From Candidatus Omnitrophica bacterium UBA6253 (GTDB taxonomy: Bacteria; Omnitrophota; Gorgyraeia; Gygaellales; Profunditerraquicolaceae), in the NCBI GenBank assembly GCA_002441245.1, contig DJVP01000004.1, positions 52,072-116,071 on the forward strand: 64,000 nucleotides of DNA, given 5' to 3'. The notes beneath the pieces are model-generated. The model saw nothing but the letters and a program-made list of their open reading frames with translations, was not told the origin of the DNA and did not search any database. Positions 28,288-37,409 of the stretch are shown piece after piece; the stretch's first letter is position 1; every line of letters begins with the position of its first letter. The position numbers were made by a program, and so were the translations under genes.

Positions 28288-29511
28288 TTACCTTAAAAGT
28301 TTAGCAAATTGATTACCGAATTCAAAACAAGCTTTTAATTCTTCCTTATCCGGGGCATATTTAACAGATACCCCGGGAATACTGATATCAGCCCCGCTGT
28401 TTTTTAGTACTTCTTGCATCTCTTGTACCGCGCCTCCAGCCCAGCCATAAGAACCAAAAAAACCAATCTGCCTGCCTTTAGGCTTAAGGCCTTTGACTAT
28501 TTCTAAGAATGCGGCGATATTAGGCAGCATATCATTGTCATGAGTAGATGAGCCGAATAAAAACCCCTGGGAAGTAAGCATGCGTGTAATTATTTCAGTA
28601 CGATCACTTTCAGCAATATTATAAAACTTAACTTCTATGCCCGCGGCGGTTACCCCTTCAGCAATTTGCCTGGCCATCTTCTCGGTTGCCCCCCACATAG
28701 TTTCATAGGCAATTACGACTTTTTTCTTAGTTTGGCCTTTTGCCCAAGAAATATAAGAGCTTATTATCCTACCCGGATCTTTACGCCAGATAACTCCATG
28801 GCTGGGTGCAATCATTTTGATGGGAATACTTAATTCCTGGACCTCTTCAATCTTCCTTAAGATTACTGGACCAAGCGGCCAAAGGATATTAGCGTAATAT
28901 TTCTCTGCCTCGTCCATCAAACTGCATTGGTCGACCTGGTCATCAAAACGCTCAGATGTTGCATAATGCTGCCCAAAAGCATCATTGGGCATAAGCAGGG
29001 CATCCTCCGGGCAATACGTAAACATGCTATCCGGCCAATGTATCATCGGAGCCTCAAAAAAGGTAAGTGTGCGCCTGCCCAACTTTAGCTTATCCCCAGT
29101 TTTAACTATTTGAAAATCCCAAGTTCCATAATAATGCTTATAGAGCCCCTCTTTGCACTTAAGAGTCCCTAAAACTTTGGCCCTGGGGCAAAGCTGCATA
29201 AGGCTAGGCAATGCCCCGGAGTGGTCGGTTTCAACATGATTGGCAATAATATAATCTATTTTCTCCAGGGGGATAATCTCCTTAATATTCTCAATCAGCT
29301 CCTGCGCAAACGGCCCATAGACAGTATCTACAAGCGCTATTTTCTCGTCTACAATAAGATAAGAATTATAGGTAGAGCCTCTCTGTGTGGTATATGTATG
29401 CCCGTGGAAGTTACGTACGTTCCAATCCAAGACCCCTACCGAATATATGCCAGGTAAGATTTTTACGGCAGCCACAGCTTCCTCCTTGCCCGCAAAGGGT
29501 ACTCCGGCCAC
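28288..29511 (-). CDS. flavodiiron protein (FprA/ROO-type O2/NO reductase)
   Basis: 407 aa. Metallo-beta-lactamase-like diiron domain (ANHVETDHSGAL, HWPDSMFTY) followed by a flavodoxin domain. Confidence 0.85.
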   Translation of the reverse strand: MAGVPFAGKEEAVAAVKILPGIYSVGVLDWNVRNFHGHTYTTQRGSTYNSYLIVDEKIALVDTVYGPFAQELIENIKEIIPLEKIDYIIANHVETDHSGALPSLMQLCPRAKVLGTLKCKEGLYKHYYGTWDFQIVKTGDKLKLGRRTLTFFEAPMIHWPDSMFTYCPEDALLMPNDAFGQHYATSERFDDQVDQCSLMDEAEKYYANILWPLGPVILRKIEEVQELSIPIKMIAPSHGVIWRKDPGRIISSYISWAKGQTKKKVVIAYETMWGATEKMARQIAEGVTAAGIEVKFYNIAESDRTEIITRMLTSQGFLFGSSTHDNDMLPNIAAFLEIVKGLKPKGRQIGFFGSYGWAGGAVQEMQEVLKNSGADISIPGVSVKYAPDKEELKACFEFGNQFAKLLR

Positions 29512-29576
29512 TTCCTCTTAGACCGGCTGTTAGCCCACAAAGGCTCACCCGCGCGATTCATTATAAAAACTGGTTA

Positions 29577-30281
29577 TTAATAACCTTGAAAATTTTCCGT
29601 AACTATTTTCTCAACACCTAAACCTAGCTCATCAGACAATATCTTACGCATTGCCTCAACCATTTGCGGAGGGCCACAGAGATAGAATTTTCTCTCTTGA
29701 TAATCAGGAATTTCACCTTTTATTACACTGGCGTTAATCTGCCCTACTGTGCATTTAAACCCCTTCTCGGCTTCACATAGTACATGCGCTACCCTTAAGA
29801 GCGGATAGTTTCTTGACATAGCGGAGAAGTCGTCCTTAAAAACTATATCCCGTATAGAACGATTGGAATAAAGCAACACAATATCCGTACCTGTATTCTT
29901 ATCAACTACGTACTTGCAGATACTTCTTATGGGAGTTATACCTATCCCCCCAGACAAGAAAGCAACCTTAGGATTAGCTTCGTCCAAAATAAATTCACCA
30001 AAGGGGTATTTAACACTCACTGTATCTGCGGCCTTTAAATTACCCAAGGCCGCAGAAAAATCACTCTGGGTCAATTTTTTGGTAAATTCTAAATAACATT
30101 TCTCAGTAGGAGAACTGGAAATCGAAAGATATCTTTTTAGTTTAGGGTTACCCTGGAGCGTAACCATCAGGAATTGGCCAGCCTTAAAATCCAGCCAATC
30201 AGTAATTTCCAAGCGAAAACTTTTAACATTGTAATTACGCTGGATAATCTCTTTTATTTTGAAGTCTTTTTCTACGGGCAT
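29577..30281 (-). CDS. FNR-like FAD/NAD(P)-binding oxidoreductase (likely rubredoxin/FDP reductase partner)
   Basis: The start is placed at the ATG 1 nt after the Tpx stop (MPVEKDF...). It carries RYLSISS (RxYS FAD motif) and GGIGITP (NAD(P) motif). Confidence 0.7.
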   Translation of the reverse strand: MPVEKDFKIKEIIQRNYNVKSFRLEITDWLDFKAGQFLMVTLQGNPKLKRYLSISSSPTEKCYLEFTKKLTQSDFSAALGNLKAADTVSVKYPFGEFILDEANPKVAFLSGGIGITPIRSICKYVVDKNTGTDIVLLYSNRSIRDIVFKDDFSAMSRNYPLLRVAHVLCEAEKGFKCTVGQINASVIKGEIPDYQERKFYLCGPPQMVEAMRKILSDELGLGVEKIVTENFQGY

Positions 30282-30282
30282 A

Positions 30283-30807
30283 TTATTTAAAGCTGCACCC
30301 CTTAAGCACATCCTGAAGCTTATCAAAGACTTTACCGAAGTCTACTGAATGAGTAATTTCATCAACCAGCTGGATATACCTGATGCACTGGCTTTTATCA
30401 ATAATTAGCGTACCTCTGGCCAAAAGATTAAGCTCTTTAACCAGGAACCCGTAATTTAAACCAAAGGATGAGAATTTATAATCAGAGAGTACTATCTCAT
30501 TTTTTATTTCATTTATTGAGCAAAACCTGGCCTGGGCAAAAGGTAAATCCTTGCTTATCCCGATTACCACAACATCAGGGCTAAGCCCGGCAGCCTTTTT
30601 ATTAAACTCTTTAACTTGCAGATCACAAACCGGGGTATCTAGCGAAGGGAAGAAATTAATTATCTTTATCTTACCGTCAAAATCCGACAACCTGACTTCT
30701 TTTAAATCCTGGGAAGTTAACTTAAAATCGGGTGCACGCCTGCATTCTTTAACAGGCTTACCGATTAAAGTCATACGGGTTCCCTTAAAAGTAACAGCCC
30801 TAGCCAC
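30283..30807 (-). CDS. tpx: thiol peroxidase (Tpx, atypical 2-Cys peroxiredoxin)
   Basis: 174 aa with the FFPSLDTPVCDLQ peroxidatic Cys motif. Confidence 0.85.
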   Translation of the reverse strand: MARAVTFKGTRMTLIGKPVKECRRAPDFKLTSQDLKEVRLSDFDGKIKIINFFPSLDTPVCDLQVKEFNKKAAGLSPDVVVIGISKDLPFAQARFCSINEIKNEIVLSDYKFSSFGLNYGFLVKELNLLARGTLIIDKSQCIRYIQLVDEITHSVDFGKVFDKLQDVLKGCSFK

Positions 30808-30816
30808 AGATCTCCT

Positions 30817-30978
30817 TTAAATTATTTTCTCAAACTGGTCCTTACCTACGCCACATTCAGGGCATACCCAAGTATCCGGCAGATCTTCAAAACTCGTTCC
30901 GGCAGCAATGCCGTTATCCGGATCTCCCGCTTTAGGATCATAGATATAACCACAGACTAAACATTTGTATTTATTCAT
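30817..30978 (-). CDS. rubredoxin (53 aa; missing from ORF track)
   Basis: Hand translation gives [53 protein letters not shown]. It has both CxxCG knuckles and the canonical rubredoxin length. Confidence 0.9.
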   Translation of the reverse strand: MNKYKCLVCGYIYDPKAGDPDNGIAAGTSFEDLPDTWVCPECGVGKDQFEKII

Positions 30979-31006
30979 TTTTCTCTCCGGTTAAATTACT
31001 TTACGA

Positions 31007-31327
31007 TTATTCCTTAGTAGGTAATTTATTTTCCGGCATAGCCATATCCGGCATATTTTTTTGATGCATCATTTGCATCATTCCGCGTTTCTCCATCCTC
31101 TTAGACATTGGGCATCTCATCCCGCTAAAATCCCTGGGATAACTACAGACTGCGCCTAAAAAAATAATCAAGGCTGACAGTAAAAGTAAACTAGCTGCTA
31201 AATAACCAAGAACCTTAAGCCATTTTTCCGCTACCTTGCGCAAAGCAAAAAGAACAAAAAAGCTGGCAGTTAAAAAAAGCGAAATCGGTATAATCGCCAT
31301 AATAGAATAATCCCTTGGTACAAACAT
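31007..31327 (-). CDS. small membrane protein with Met-rich C-terminal tail
   Basis: 106 aa. It has two TM helices, then MEKRGMMQMMHQKNMPDMAMPEN (11 Met in 24 residues). Confidence 0.45.
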   Translation of the reverse strand: MFVPRDYSIMAIIPISLFLTASFFVLFALRKVAEKWLKVLGYLAASLLLLSALIIFLGAVCSYPRDFSGMRCPMSKRMEKRGMMQMMHQKNMPDMAMPENKLPTKE

Positions 31328-31352
31328 ATTTTCCTCCTTTTGTTAAATACAG

Positions 31353-31838
31353 CTATTCTCTTTTTGCCAGTTCCCGGTCTAGCATAATCAGTGCCGGGCC
31401 TTCTGGCTTGGCTATTTTTAAAGTCTCGATTATTTGCATGGCGTTTTTCTCTTCCTCCACCTGCTCACCGATAAACCACTGCAAAAATACACTGGAGGCA
31501 TTATCATTGACTTGTTTTGCCAACTCATATAATTCATTAATCAAGCTGGTTACTTCCTTCTCATGCTTGAGCGTTTCTTCAAAAACCTCCAAGGCAGAAG
31601 TATATTCCAGGGTAGGCTGGGCTATCGCCTGCAGTAAAACCCTAATGCCGCGGTCATTTAAAAACTCAAATAATTTCATCGCATGGGACACTTCTTCCTT
31701 ATATTGCATCTTCATCCAATGCGCAAACCCAGGCAAGCTTTCTGCCTCAAAATATGCGGCCATAGCCAAGTAAATGTAAGCAGAGTAAAGTTCATTCTTA
31801 ATTTGATCATTAAACGCCTTTTGTAATTTCTTGTCCAT
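31353..31838 (-). CDS. ftn: ferritin (non-haem, bacterial Ftn)
   Basis: 161 aa with ferroxidase-centre residues (E...YLAMAAYFE, EEVSHAMKLFEFL, QWFIGEQVEEE). Confidence 0.85.
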   Translation of the reverse strand: MDKKLQKAFNDQIKNELYSAYIYLAMAAYFEAESLPGFAHWMKMQYKEEVSHAMKLFEFLNDRGIRVLLQAIAQPTLEYTSALEVFEETLKHEKEVTSLINELYELAKQVNDNASSVFLQWFIGEQVEEEKNAMQIIETLKIAKPEGPALIMLDRELAKRE

Positions 31839-31852
31839 ATGAACCCCTCCTT

Positions 31853-32248
31853 TTATCCTACCTTAATTTCCTTTTCACTTTTCCAAATGCCGTGGATGTT
31901 ACAATAGGCAATAGCCATAATTGAACCACTTTTATCCGTCTTTAAATATGTGGATATTTTAGGCTCTGAAAATACGGTACTGGTATTTGGCCCCTGGATA
32001 GATTCACCATGAGTATTAAACTCAAAACGCGCCACCTGATAAGGGAATTTCTCCCCCGTTGCCAAAAAATATATTTCTATAGACTTAATATGGTGTTCGG
32101 TAGTATTAGGATGCGCTATCTGCTTACCAACACTGACTTCTATCTGCAACATTTGGCCTTTATTTATCTTATCCGGCCCTTCGATAACCGGAACATGTTT
32201 CTCGGTCTTCCAATCAGCGCTTTGTAATAAATCCTTGATATCCGCCAT
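31853..32248 (-). CDS. sor: superoxide reductase (1Fe-SOR / neelaredoxin)
   Basis: 131 aa with EKHVPVIE, HHI and the CNIHGIW iron ligands. Confidence 0.85.
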   Translation of the reverse strand: MADIKDLLQSADWKTEKHVPVIEGPDKINKGQMLQIEVSVGKQIAHPNTTEHHIKSIEIYFLATGEKFPYQVARFEFNTHGESIQGPNTSTVFSEPKISTYLKTDKSGSIMAIAYCNIHGIWKSEKEIKVG

Positions 32249-32262
32249 AATAACCCTCCTGT

Positions 32263-33552
32263 TTATTTTTTTAATATTCTTTTTAAGTCTTCATTGGGTG
32301 TGCTAATAAGATGTAAGTCAAATTTCTTCTGCAGGATGCCGAAAACATTCTTGCTTATAAAGGCAGGCGGGGTTGGCCCTATATATATGCCTTTGATATT
32401 AAGATACAACAAAGTAAGCAAGATGGCAACTGCTTTCTGCTCAAACCATGATAAAACCATGGTTAATGGAAGTTGGTTCACCGTACAATTAAACGCCTTA
32501 GCCAATCCCACAGCAACCTGAATTGCAGAATATGCATTATTGCACTGACCAAGATCAATTAATCTAGGTATTCCTTCAATCTCCCCGAACTCTAGCTTGT
32601 TAAAACGGTACTTGCCGCAGGCAAGCGTAAGAATCACACAATCCCCGGGTAGTTGTTCAGCAAACTCAGTATAGTAATTGCGCCCGGGCTTTGCTCCGTC
32701 GCAGCCTCCGATTAAGAAAAAATGCTTGATCTTGCCGGCCTTAACCAAACCCACAATCTTATCCGCTAACCCTAAAATCGCTGCGTGGCCAAAACCAGTC
32801 CAAATCTTTTTACCGGGGGCATCAGGCAAAGCTGGCAAGGATTTGGCTTTTTCAATCAAAGGTTTAAAATCCCGGCCCTTCAGATGCGTTGCCCCGGATA
32901 CACCGGTAATTCCTATGGTAAACAATCTATCCAAATAGGTGCCTTCCGGCGGAATTAATACACAATTAGTAGTTGCTAACAATGCTCCGCTAAATGCATT
33001 AAATTCTTTTTTTTGCTCCTGCCAGGCCCCGCCAAAGTTACCCATCAAATGCTTAAATTTCTTTAACTCCGGGTATCCATGCGCAGGAAGCATTTCACTA
33101 TGCGTATAAATGTTTACTCCTGTACCTTCTGCCTGTTTAAGTAACTCATAAAGATCAAGCAGATCATGGCCGGTAATTAAAATACCCGGGCCGGACCTGG
33201 TGCCGGTTTCAACAGCGGTAGGCACTGGATTGCCAAATCTCTGGGTATGCGCCCTATCCAGCATCTCCATAGTCTTTAAATTAACGGCTCCACATTTTAA
33301 CACTAATTCCAGATATTGACTTAGATCGAAACTAACATTGGTTATGGTCTTAAAAAGGGCTTCCTGCATAAAGGCATCTGTCTCTTCGTCATGAGCTCCT
33401 AGCTGCCGGGCATGATAAGCATAAGCAGCAATACCTTTTAAGCCATATAAAAGGGTATCTTGCAGGCTTTGAATGTCTTCATTTTTACCGCAAAGGCCAA
33501 GCTTTGTACAGCCTGTTCCACCCATCGTTTGCTCACATTGATAACAAAACAT
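32263..33552 (-). CDS. hcp: hybrid-cluster protein (short class, ~430 aa)
   Basis: The protein starts MFCYQCEQT...GCTKLGLCGK (N-terminal cubane Cys motif) and has a C-terminal hybrid-cluster region. Confidence 0.85.
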   Translation of the reverse strand: MFCYQCEQTMGGTGCTKLGLCGKNEDIQSLQDTLLYGLKGIAAYAYHARQLGAHDEETDAFMQEALFKTITNVSFDLSQYLELVLKCGAVNLKTMEMLDRAHTQRFGNPVPTAVETGTRSGPGILITGHDLLDLYELLKQAEGTGVNIYTHSEMLPAHGYPELKKFKHLMGNFGGAWQEQKKEFNAFSGALLATTNCVLIPPEGTYLDRLFTIGITGVSGATHLKGRDFKPLIEKAKSLPALPDAPGKKIWTGFGHAAILGLADKIVGLVKAGKIKHFFLIGGCDGAKPGRNYYTEFAEQLPGDCVILTLACGKYRFNKLEFGEIEGIPRLIDLGQCNNAYSAIQVAVGLAKAFNCTVNQLPLTMVLSWFEQKAVAILLTLLYLNIKGIYIGPTPPAFISKNVFGILQKKFDLHLISTPNEDLKRILKK

Positions 33553-33563
33553 TATGCACCCCC

Positions 33564-33956
33564 TTACACCAAAGAAGCTATGGTTATCCTTTTAAGCCGC
33601 ATAAACATATTCTTTTCAATCAAACGCAACTTCTTTCTTAATGCACATTTACCTTTATTAGGGCAAACATCCTTTTTTAAAAAACAACTACTCAACTCTA
33701 TCTGCCCCTGAAAAATACGCATTATCCCAATTACATAAATTCTTGCGGGAGGAATCTTCAATTTGAATCCGCCACCCTGGCCTTTAAATGAGCTCAGGAT
33801 TTCTTTCTTATTTAACTGCTGCAGAATCTTACGCATGAAAGAATGCGGGACACCAAGCTTTTCGACAAGCTCATCTACTGTTACAACAGTTTTATGTTTT
33901 GAAATATAACAAAGTGCCCGTAAAGCATAATCAGTATTTCTAGTTATAAGTTTCAT
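33564..33956 (-). CDS. Rrf2-family transcriptional regulator with 3-Cys cluster site (NsrR/IscR-like)
   Basis: 130 aa. It starts MKLITRNTDYALRAL (Rrf2 HTH) and carries C-x7-C-x5-C (CFLKKDVCPNKGKC). Confidence 0.85.
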   Translation of the reverse strand: MKLITRNTDYALRALCYISKHKTVVTVDELVEKLGVPHSFMRKILQQLNKKEILSSFKGQGGGFKLKIPPARIYVIGIMRIFQGQIELSSCFLKKDVCPNKGKCALRKKLRLIEKNMFMRLKRITIASLV

Positions 33957-34102
33957 AAGGTCCTTAGAAATTGTTAAGTATAGGCGGGCAGTTTAACGTC
34001 ATGCCCGGGACAACCTACCGCAACCCTCTTTACAGTGAGCTACCGGCCTAAGCATATACCTAATTGATACCCCCATCTAGATCACCCCCTTCTATTTACG
34101 AT

Positions 34103-34132
34103 AAATGATACCACAATAGTATCATTTGTCAA
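34103..34132 (-). promoter_or_regulatory. promoter (TTGACA-16-TATCAT) overlapped by a 9-7-9 perfect palindrome; candidate Rrf2 operator
   Basis: Minus strand: TTGACA at 34132-34127 and TATCAT at 34110-34105. The palindrome AAATGATAC-cacaata-GTATCATTT at 34103-34127 covers the spacer and -10. Confidence 0.45.
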
Positions 34133-34159
34133 GTAAAATATTTTTCTCCTTCTGGATTT

Positions 34160-34196
34160 TATTTAAGCCCTCTGCCGTCATGGCAAGCCAGAGGGT
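34160..34196 (-). terminator. stem-loop terminator after the 34207-35327 gene pair
   Basis: CCCTCTG-gcttgccatgacgg-CAGAGGG hairpin immediately after the stop at 34207. It is followed by A/T-rich sequence. Confidence 0.4.
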
Positions 34197-34206
34197 ATTT
34201 TAGAAA

Positions 34207-34557
34207 TTATTCTACGGTTATTTCTTTTTCCAGCTTGCCGCTAATGCTACAATAACCTTCCACAGAAAGCCTATCTCCAAACTTAGCATCGGGGATAAAA
34301 TAAGCTACCTGCTGGGATTCGTTATTATCCTGTTTTGAGATCTTCTGCTGGATTATCTCTTTGCCATTTAAAGCAACATCTACCTGGCGGATATAATGGT
34401 TTAGCGGATTGCTTGTATTATGCACAATAACCGCGCTTAGCATCTTTGTTGCAGGATCATAAGAAATCAGGATATCCTGAGGCGGATGCGCATATGCAAG
34501 ACTTATCCAAACTAAACAAATAAACAACAATATAAACAAAACTCTGTTTTTCATCAC
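34207..34557 (-). CDS. secreted hypothetical protein
   Basis: 116 aa with a signal peptide (LAYA-HP cleavage). No recognised motif. It overlaps the upstream membrane-protein gene by 4 nt. Confidence 0.5.
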   Translation of the reverse strand: MMKNRVLFILLFICLVWISLAYAHPPQDILISYDPATKMLSAVIVHNTSNPLNHYIRQVDVALNGKEIIQQKISKQDNNESQQVAYFIPDAKFGDRLSVEGYCSISGKLEKEITVE

Positions 34558-35327
34558 CTTCTCCTTTCTGGTATGCTATTTAATATAGGCACAAAAAGAT
34601 TTAAAATTAAAAGCGCAACTAACTCAGAATCAAAGTTAAACCCTATTTGTATAAAAATAAAGATTAATCCAGCCGCCCCAATTCCAAAAATAATTTTAGC
34701 TAAAGATTTTACAGGAGTTGTTTTCGGTTCAATCAACATTATAAATATATAAAAATAGCTAAGATAACCAAATATGTTTATAAATGATACTTTGTTTAAC
34801 GCAGCCTGAATCCCAAATAAGCCCAACGCTGTTATCAAGTAACCTGTAATCAATTCTAGCTTACGAATCTTATAGCTAAAATACAGGCCTGCAGGCATAA
34901 TGATATACCAAATAAACGTTCCCTTCCATTGAGTAGTGGCCCCAAATAAAAAGATGCTTAAGAATATCCCAAATGCCGCGGGATTAAAAACATGTTTTTT
35001 ATTAAAACGGATTAAATATTTTGAAGAAATTGCAAATAAAGAAGCTAGGCTGATAATCCACCATGGATTATCACTGGCAAGGACAAATCCTATAATTAAA
35101 GCTGATATGGCTGAGCTTTCAGATACAGAAAATTTTCTATTCTTAACATAATAAAAGGCTATATCTATAATAAGCGCACTGATAAGTGCAATAGCTGTTG
35201 CAAATAAGAAAGCAGCATCTTTATCCCTTACTGACAAAAATACCGCAAACCCCGCTAAGAATACAATCAGCTTTGTTTTGATTGAAAACGATTTAATTTT
35301 GAGCATAGCTAGCTCCAAATAAACCAA
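34554..35327 (-). CDS. polytopic membrane protein of unknown function (weak NqrB/RnfD-like FNPA motif)
   Basis: 257 aa with 7-8 TM segments. HVFNPAAFGIFL echoes the NIFNPALIGRVFL of rnfD at 1307-2248, but there is no C-terminal FMN-Thr motif. Confidence 0.4.
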   Translation of the reverse strand: MVYLELAMLKIKSFSIKTKLIVFLAGFAVFLSVRDKDAAFLFATAIALISALIIDIAFYYVKNRKFSVSESSAISALIIGFVLASDNPWWIISLASLFAISSKYLIRFNKKHVFNPAAFGIFLSIFLFGATTQWKGTFIWYIIMPAGLYFSYKIRKLELITGYLITALGLFGIQAALNKVSFINIFGYLSYFYIFIMLIEPKTTPVKSLAKIIFGIGAAGLIFIFIQIGFNFDSELVALLILNLFVPILNSIPERRR

Positions 35328-36577
35328 ACAAATAAATATGCAGCAGCTACAGCGGCAAAGGTAAAAGGAATGCCAATCTTTAAGAATTCATTAAACTTAA
35401 CCGGATAACCTTCTTTTTTAAGCAGGCCGCAGGCGACAATATTAGCCGAGGCGCCTATGGGAGTAATATTGCCACCAAGGCTAGTGCCAACAAGCAGGCC
35501 AAAAAGGAACAAGGGCGGGTTGACCTGCAACTTCTCAGACATAATCAAGGCTACAGGCAACATGGCAGCCAGGAAAGGGACGTTATCGATAAACGCAGAG
35601 AGGATAACCGAAATAAATACTATCGCAGTGTATCCCAGGAATATATTAACCCCAACAAACCCGGCCAAATAATCAGCCAATATTTCAATCCATCCGGTTA
35701 GTGAAAGGGCCCCTACAATAATAAAGATACCGGCAAGAAAAAAAGTCGTCTCCCAATCAAGCCCTCTAATCCCGGAAATTATTGAACGTCCATTTGCAGA
35801 TTTTTCCCACAACAAGGCGATAATACCGAAAATCATACAAATCTGGCCGGCCATATAATTAAAACCTGTATCAAGAAATGAGGATATAGCCAACAGGGCA
35901 ATCAAGCCTACCAGCAGAATCGTAGGGACCCACGACTTTACCTTTTCAACCGGGACAAGCTGCGTTTTTTCTTTATGATTGCTAAATATAAAATAAAGCA
36001 CAAAAAAAGAAACTAGGGCCCCCAGCTCTACGGCAAAGAATATACTGGGTTTGCCTTTATAAAAAAAGAACTCCCCAAAATTCATCTTGGCGAAACCACC
36101 CAAAAGCATACTTGGCGGATCCCCGATTAGCGTAGCTGCACCCTGCAGATTACTGGAAACAGCAATAGCAATCATCATATTAGTAGGGTTGATTTTAAGT
36201 TTTTTAGCTAATGCCAGGGCAATCGGAGCGACAATTAATACCGTAGCTACATTCTCTACAAAAGCGGAGATAAAACCAGTAAGGATACAGATAAATAAAA
36301 TTGCCCAGACAGTATTCTTGGCCTTATCAACAATTATCTCTGCAATATAAGCGGGGACCCGGCTCTGCATAAACACATCGGCAATAATTAAAGTACCGAC
36401 AAATATACCCATAACATTCCAGTTAACCGACAGAAATGCGTCCCTACAAGAAACCGCCTGGGTTAAAATAAGCAGCGCACTGCCGCCTAAAGCAACTATT
36501 GTGCGCTTTTGGGGAAGAATCACAAATAGTATATAAGAAATAATAAAAATTGATAAAGCTATGGTTTTAGGTTCCAC
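35309..36577 (-). CDS. ArsB/NhaD-superfamily permease (CitMHS-like)
   Basis: 422 aa, with the GGNITPIGASANIV motif shared with the paralogue at 48785-50176. Confidence 0.7.
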   Translation of the reverse strand: MEPKTIALSIFIISYILFVILPQKRTIVALGGSALLILTQAVSCRDAFLSVNWNVMGIFVGTLIIADVFMQSRVPAYIAEIIVDKAKNTVWAILFICILTGFISAFVENVATVLIVAPIALALAKKLKINPTNMMIAIAVSSNLQGAATLIGDPPSMLLGGFAKMNFGEFFFYKGKPSIFFAVELGALVSFFVLYFIFSNHKEKTQLVPVEKVKSWVPTILLVGLIALLAISSFLDTGFNYMAGQICMIFGIIALLWEKSANGRSIISGIRGLDWETTFFLAGIFIIVGALSLTGWIEILADYLAGFVGVNIFLGYTAIVFISVILSAFIDNVPFLAAMLPVALIMSEKLQVNPPLFLFGLLVGTSLGGNITPIGASANIVACGLLKKEGYPVKFNEFLKIGIPFTFAAVAAAYLFVWFIWS

Positions 36578-36607
36578 CTTAATTCCAGCCCCGCTGTTAT
36601 TGCCCCT

Positions 36608-36991
36608 CTAACTTAAACTTACAAACACTATCCCCATAACGATTAACCCGGTGCCCAGCCAACGCAAATAACTAAATTTTTCTTTTAGGACAAACCTGGA
36701 TGCCAAAGCAATGAATATATAATGCATACTGTCAGCAGAAAAGGCAAAATTAAGATCCGCCTTAGAAAGTACCAGCAGCCAAATGCATAAGGATATAACG
36801 CTAAATACAAAACTCAGCCAAAGCCGGGGTTTAATTAACAGCTGAAAGATAAACTTAAATATCTTAATAAAATTAAACTGGGGGGAAAAATTCAAAGAGT
36901 CTATTGCGGACTTTAAAAAAAGCTGATTTACCGTATCGCACAGGCTGGTTAAAGCAATCATAAAAAGAACAATCAGCAATCCTTCTCTCAT
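36608..36991 (-). CDS. small EamA-like (DMT) half-transporter, ArnE/ArnF-like
   Basis: 127 aa with 4 TM segments. It is paired with, and overlaps, a second half-size EamA gene. Confidence 0.6.
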   Translation of the reverse strand: MREGLLIVLFMIALTSLCDTVNQLFLKSAIDSLNFSPQFNFIKIFKFIFQLLIKPRLWLSFVFSVISLCIWLLVLSKADLNFAFSADSMHYIFIALASRFVLKEKFSYLRWLGTGLIVMGIVFVSLS

Positions 36992-37404
36992 TTGCCCTGC
37001 GCGGTCCTTTCTTTACTGCTCAAGGAGACAAAAATAACCCCCATAAGGATAAGCAATATCCCTATCCACCTTAAAACTGAGATATGTTCATGCAGAAAAA
37101 TAACCGAGACCACCGGAACAAGGATATAGCTAAAGCTAGCGATGGGCACAGCTACACTTAAATCTATCCTGGAGAGGACCGTAGACCAGATGATAAATAC
37201 CACGATCACTGTTAAGAGCCCGGCCCATAAAAATGGAGAAGAGAAAACCGCCTTGAGAAAAACCAGCGCGCTAGAAAAATCTGCTACCGAAAACTCAGAT
37301 TCTGCTAACGCGCCTTTCTTAAAGAAAAAATGTATTGCTGTTTCCAATATGTCGCTGACAATAAGCAACAACAGTATTTTTAAGGTGACCTTCTTTTTAA
37401 ACAT
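36988..37404 (-). CDS. small EamA-like (DMT) half-transporter, ArnE/ArnF-like
   Basis: 138 aa with 4 TM segments. It has an EamA signature region (VSVIFLHEHISVLRWIGILLILMGV). Confidence 0.6.
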   Translation of the reverse strand: MFKKKVTLKILLLLIVSDILETAIHFFFKKGALAESEFSVADFSSALVFLKAVFSSPFLWAGLLTVIVVFIIWSTVLSRIDLSVAVPIASFSYILVPVVSVIFLHEHISVLRWIGILLILMGVIFVSLSSKERTAQGK

Positions 37405-37409
37405 AGGAC

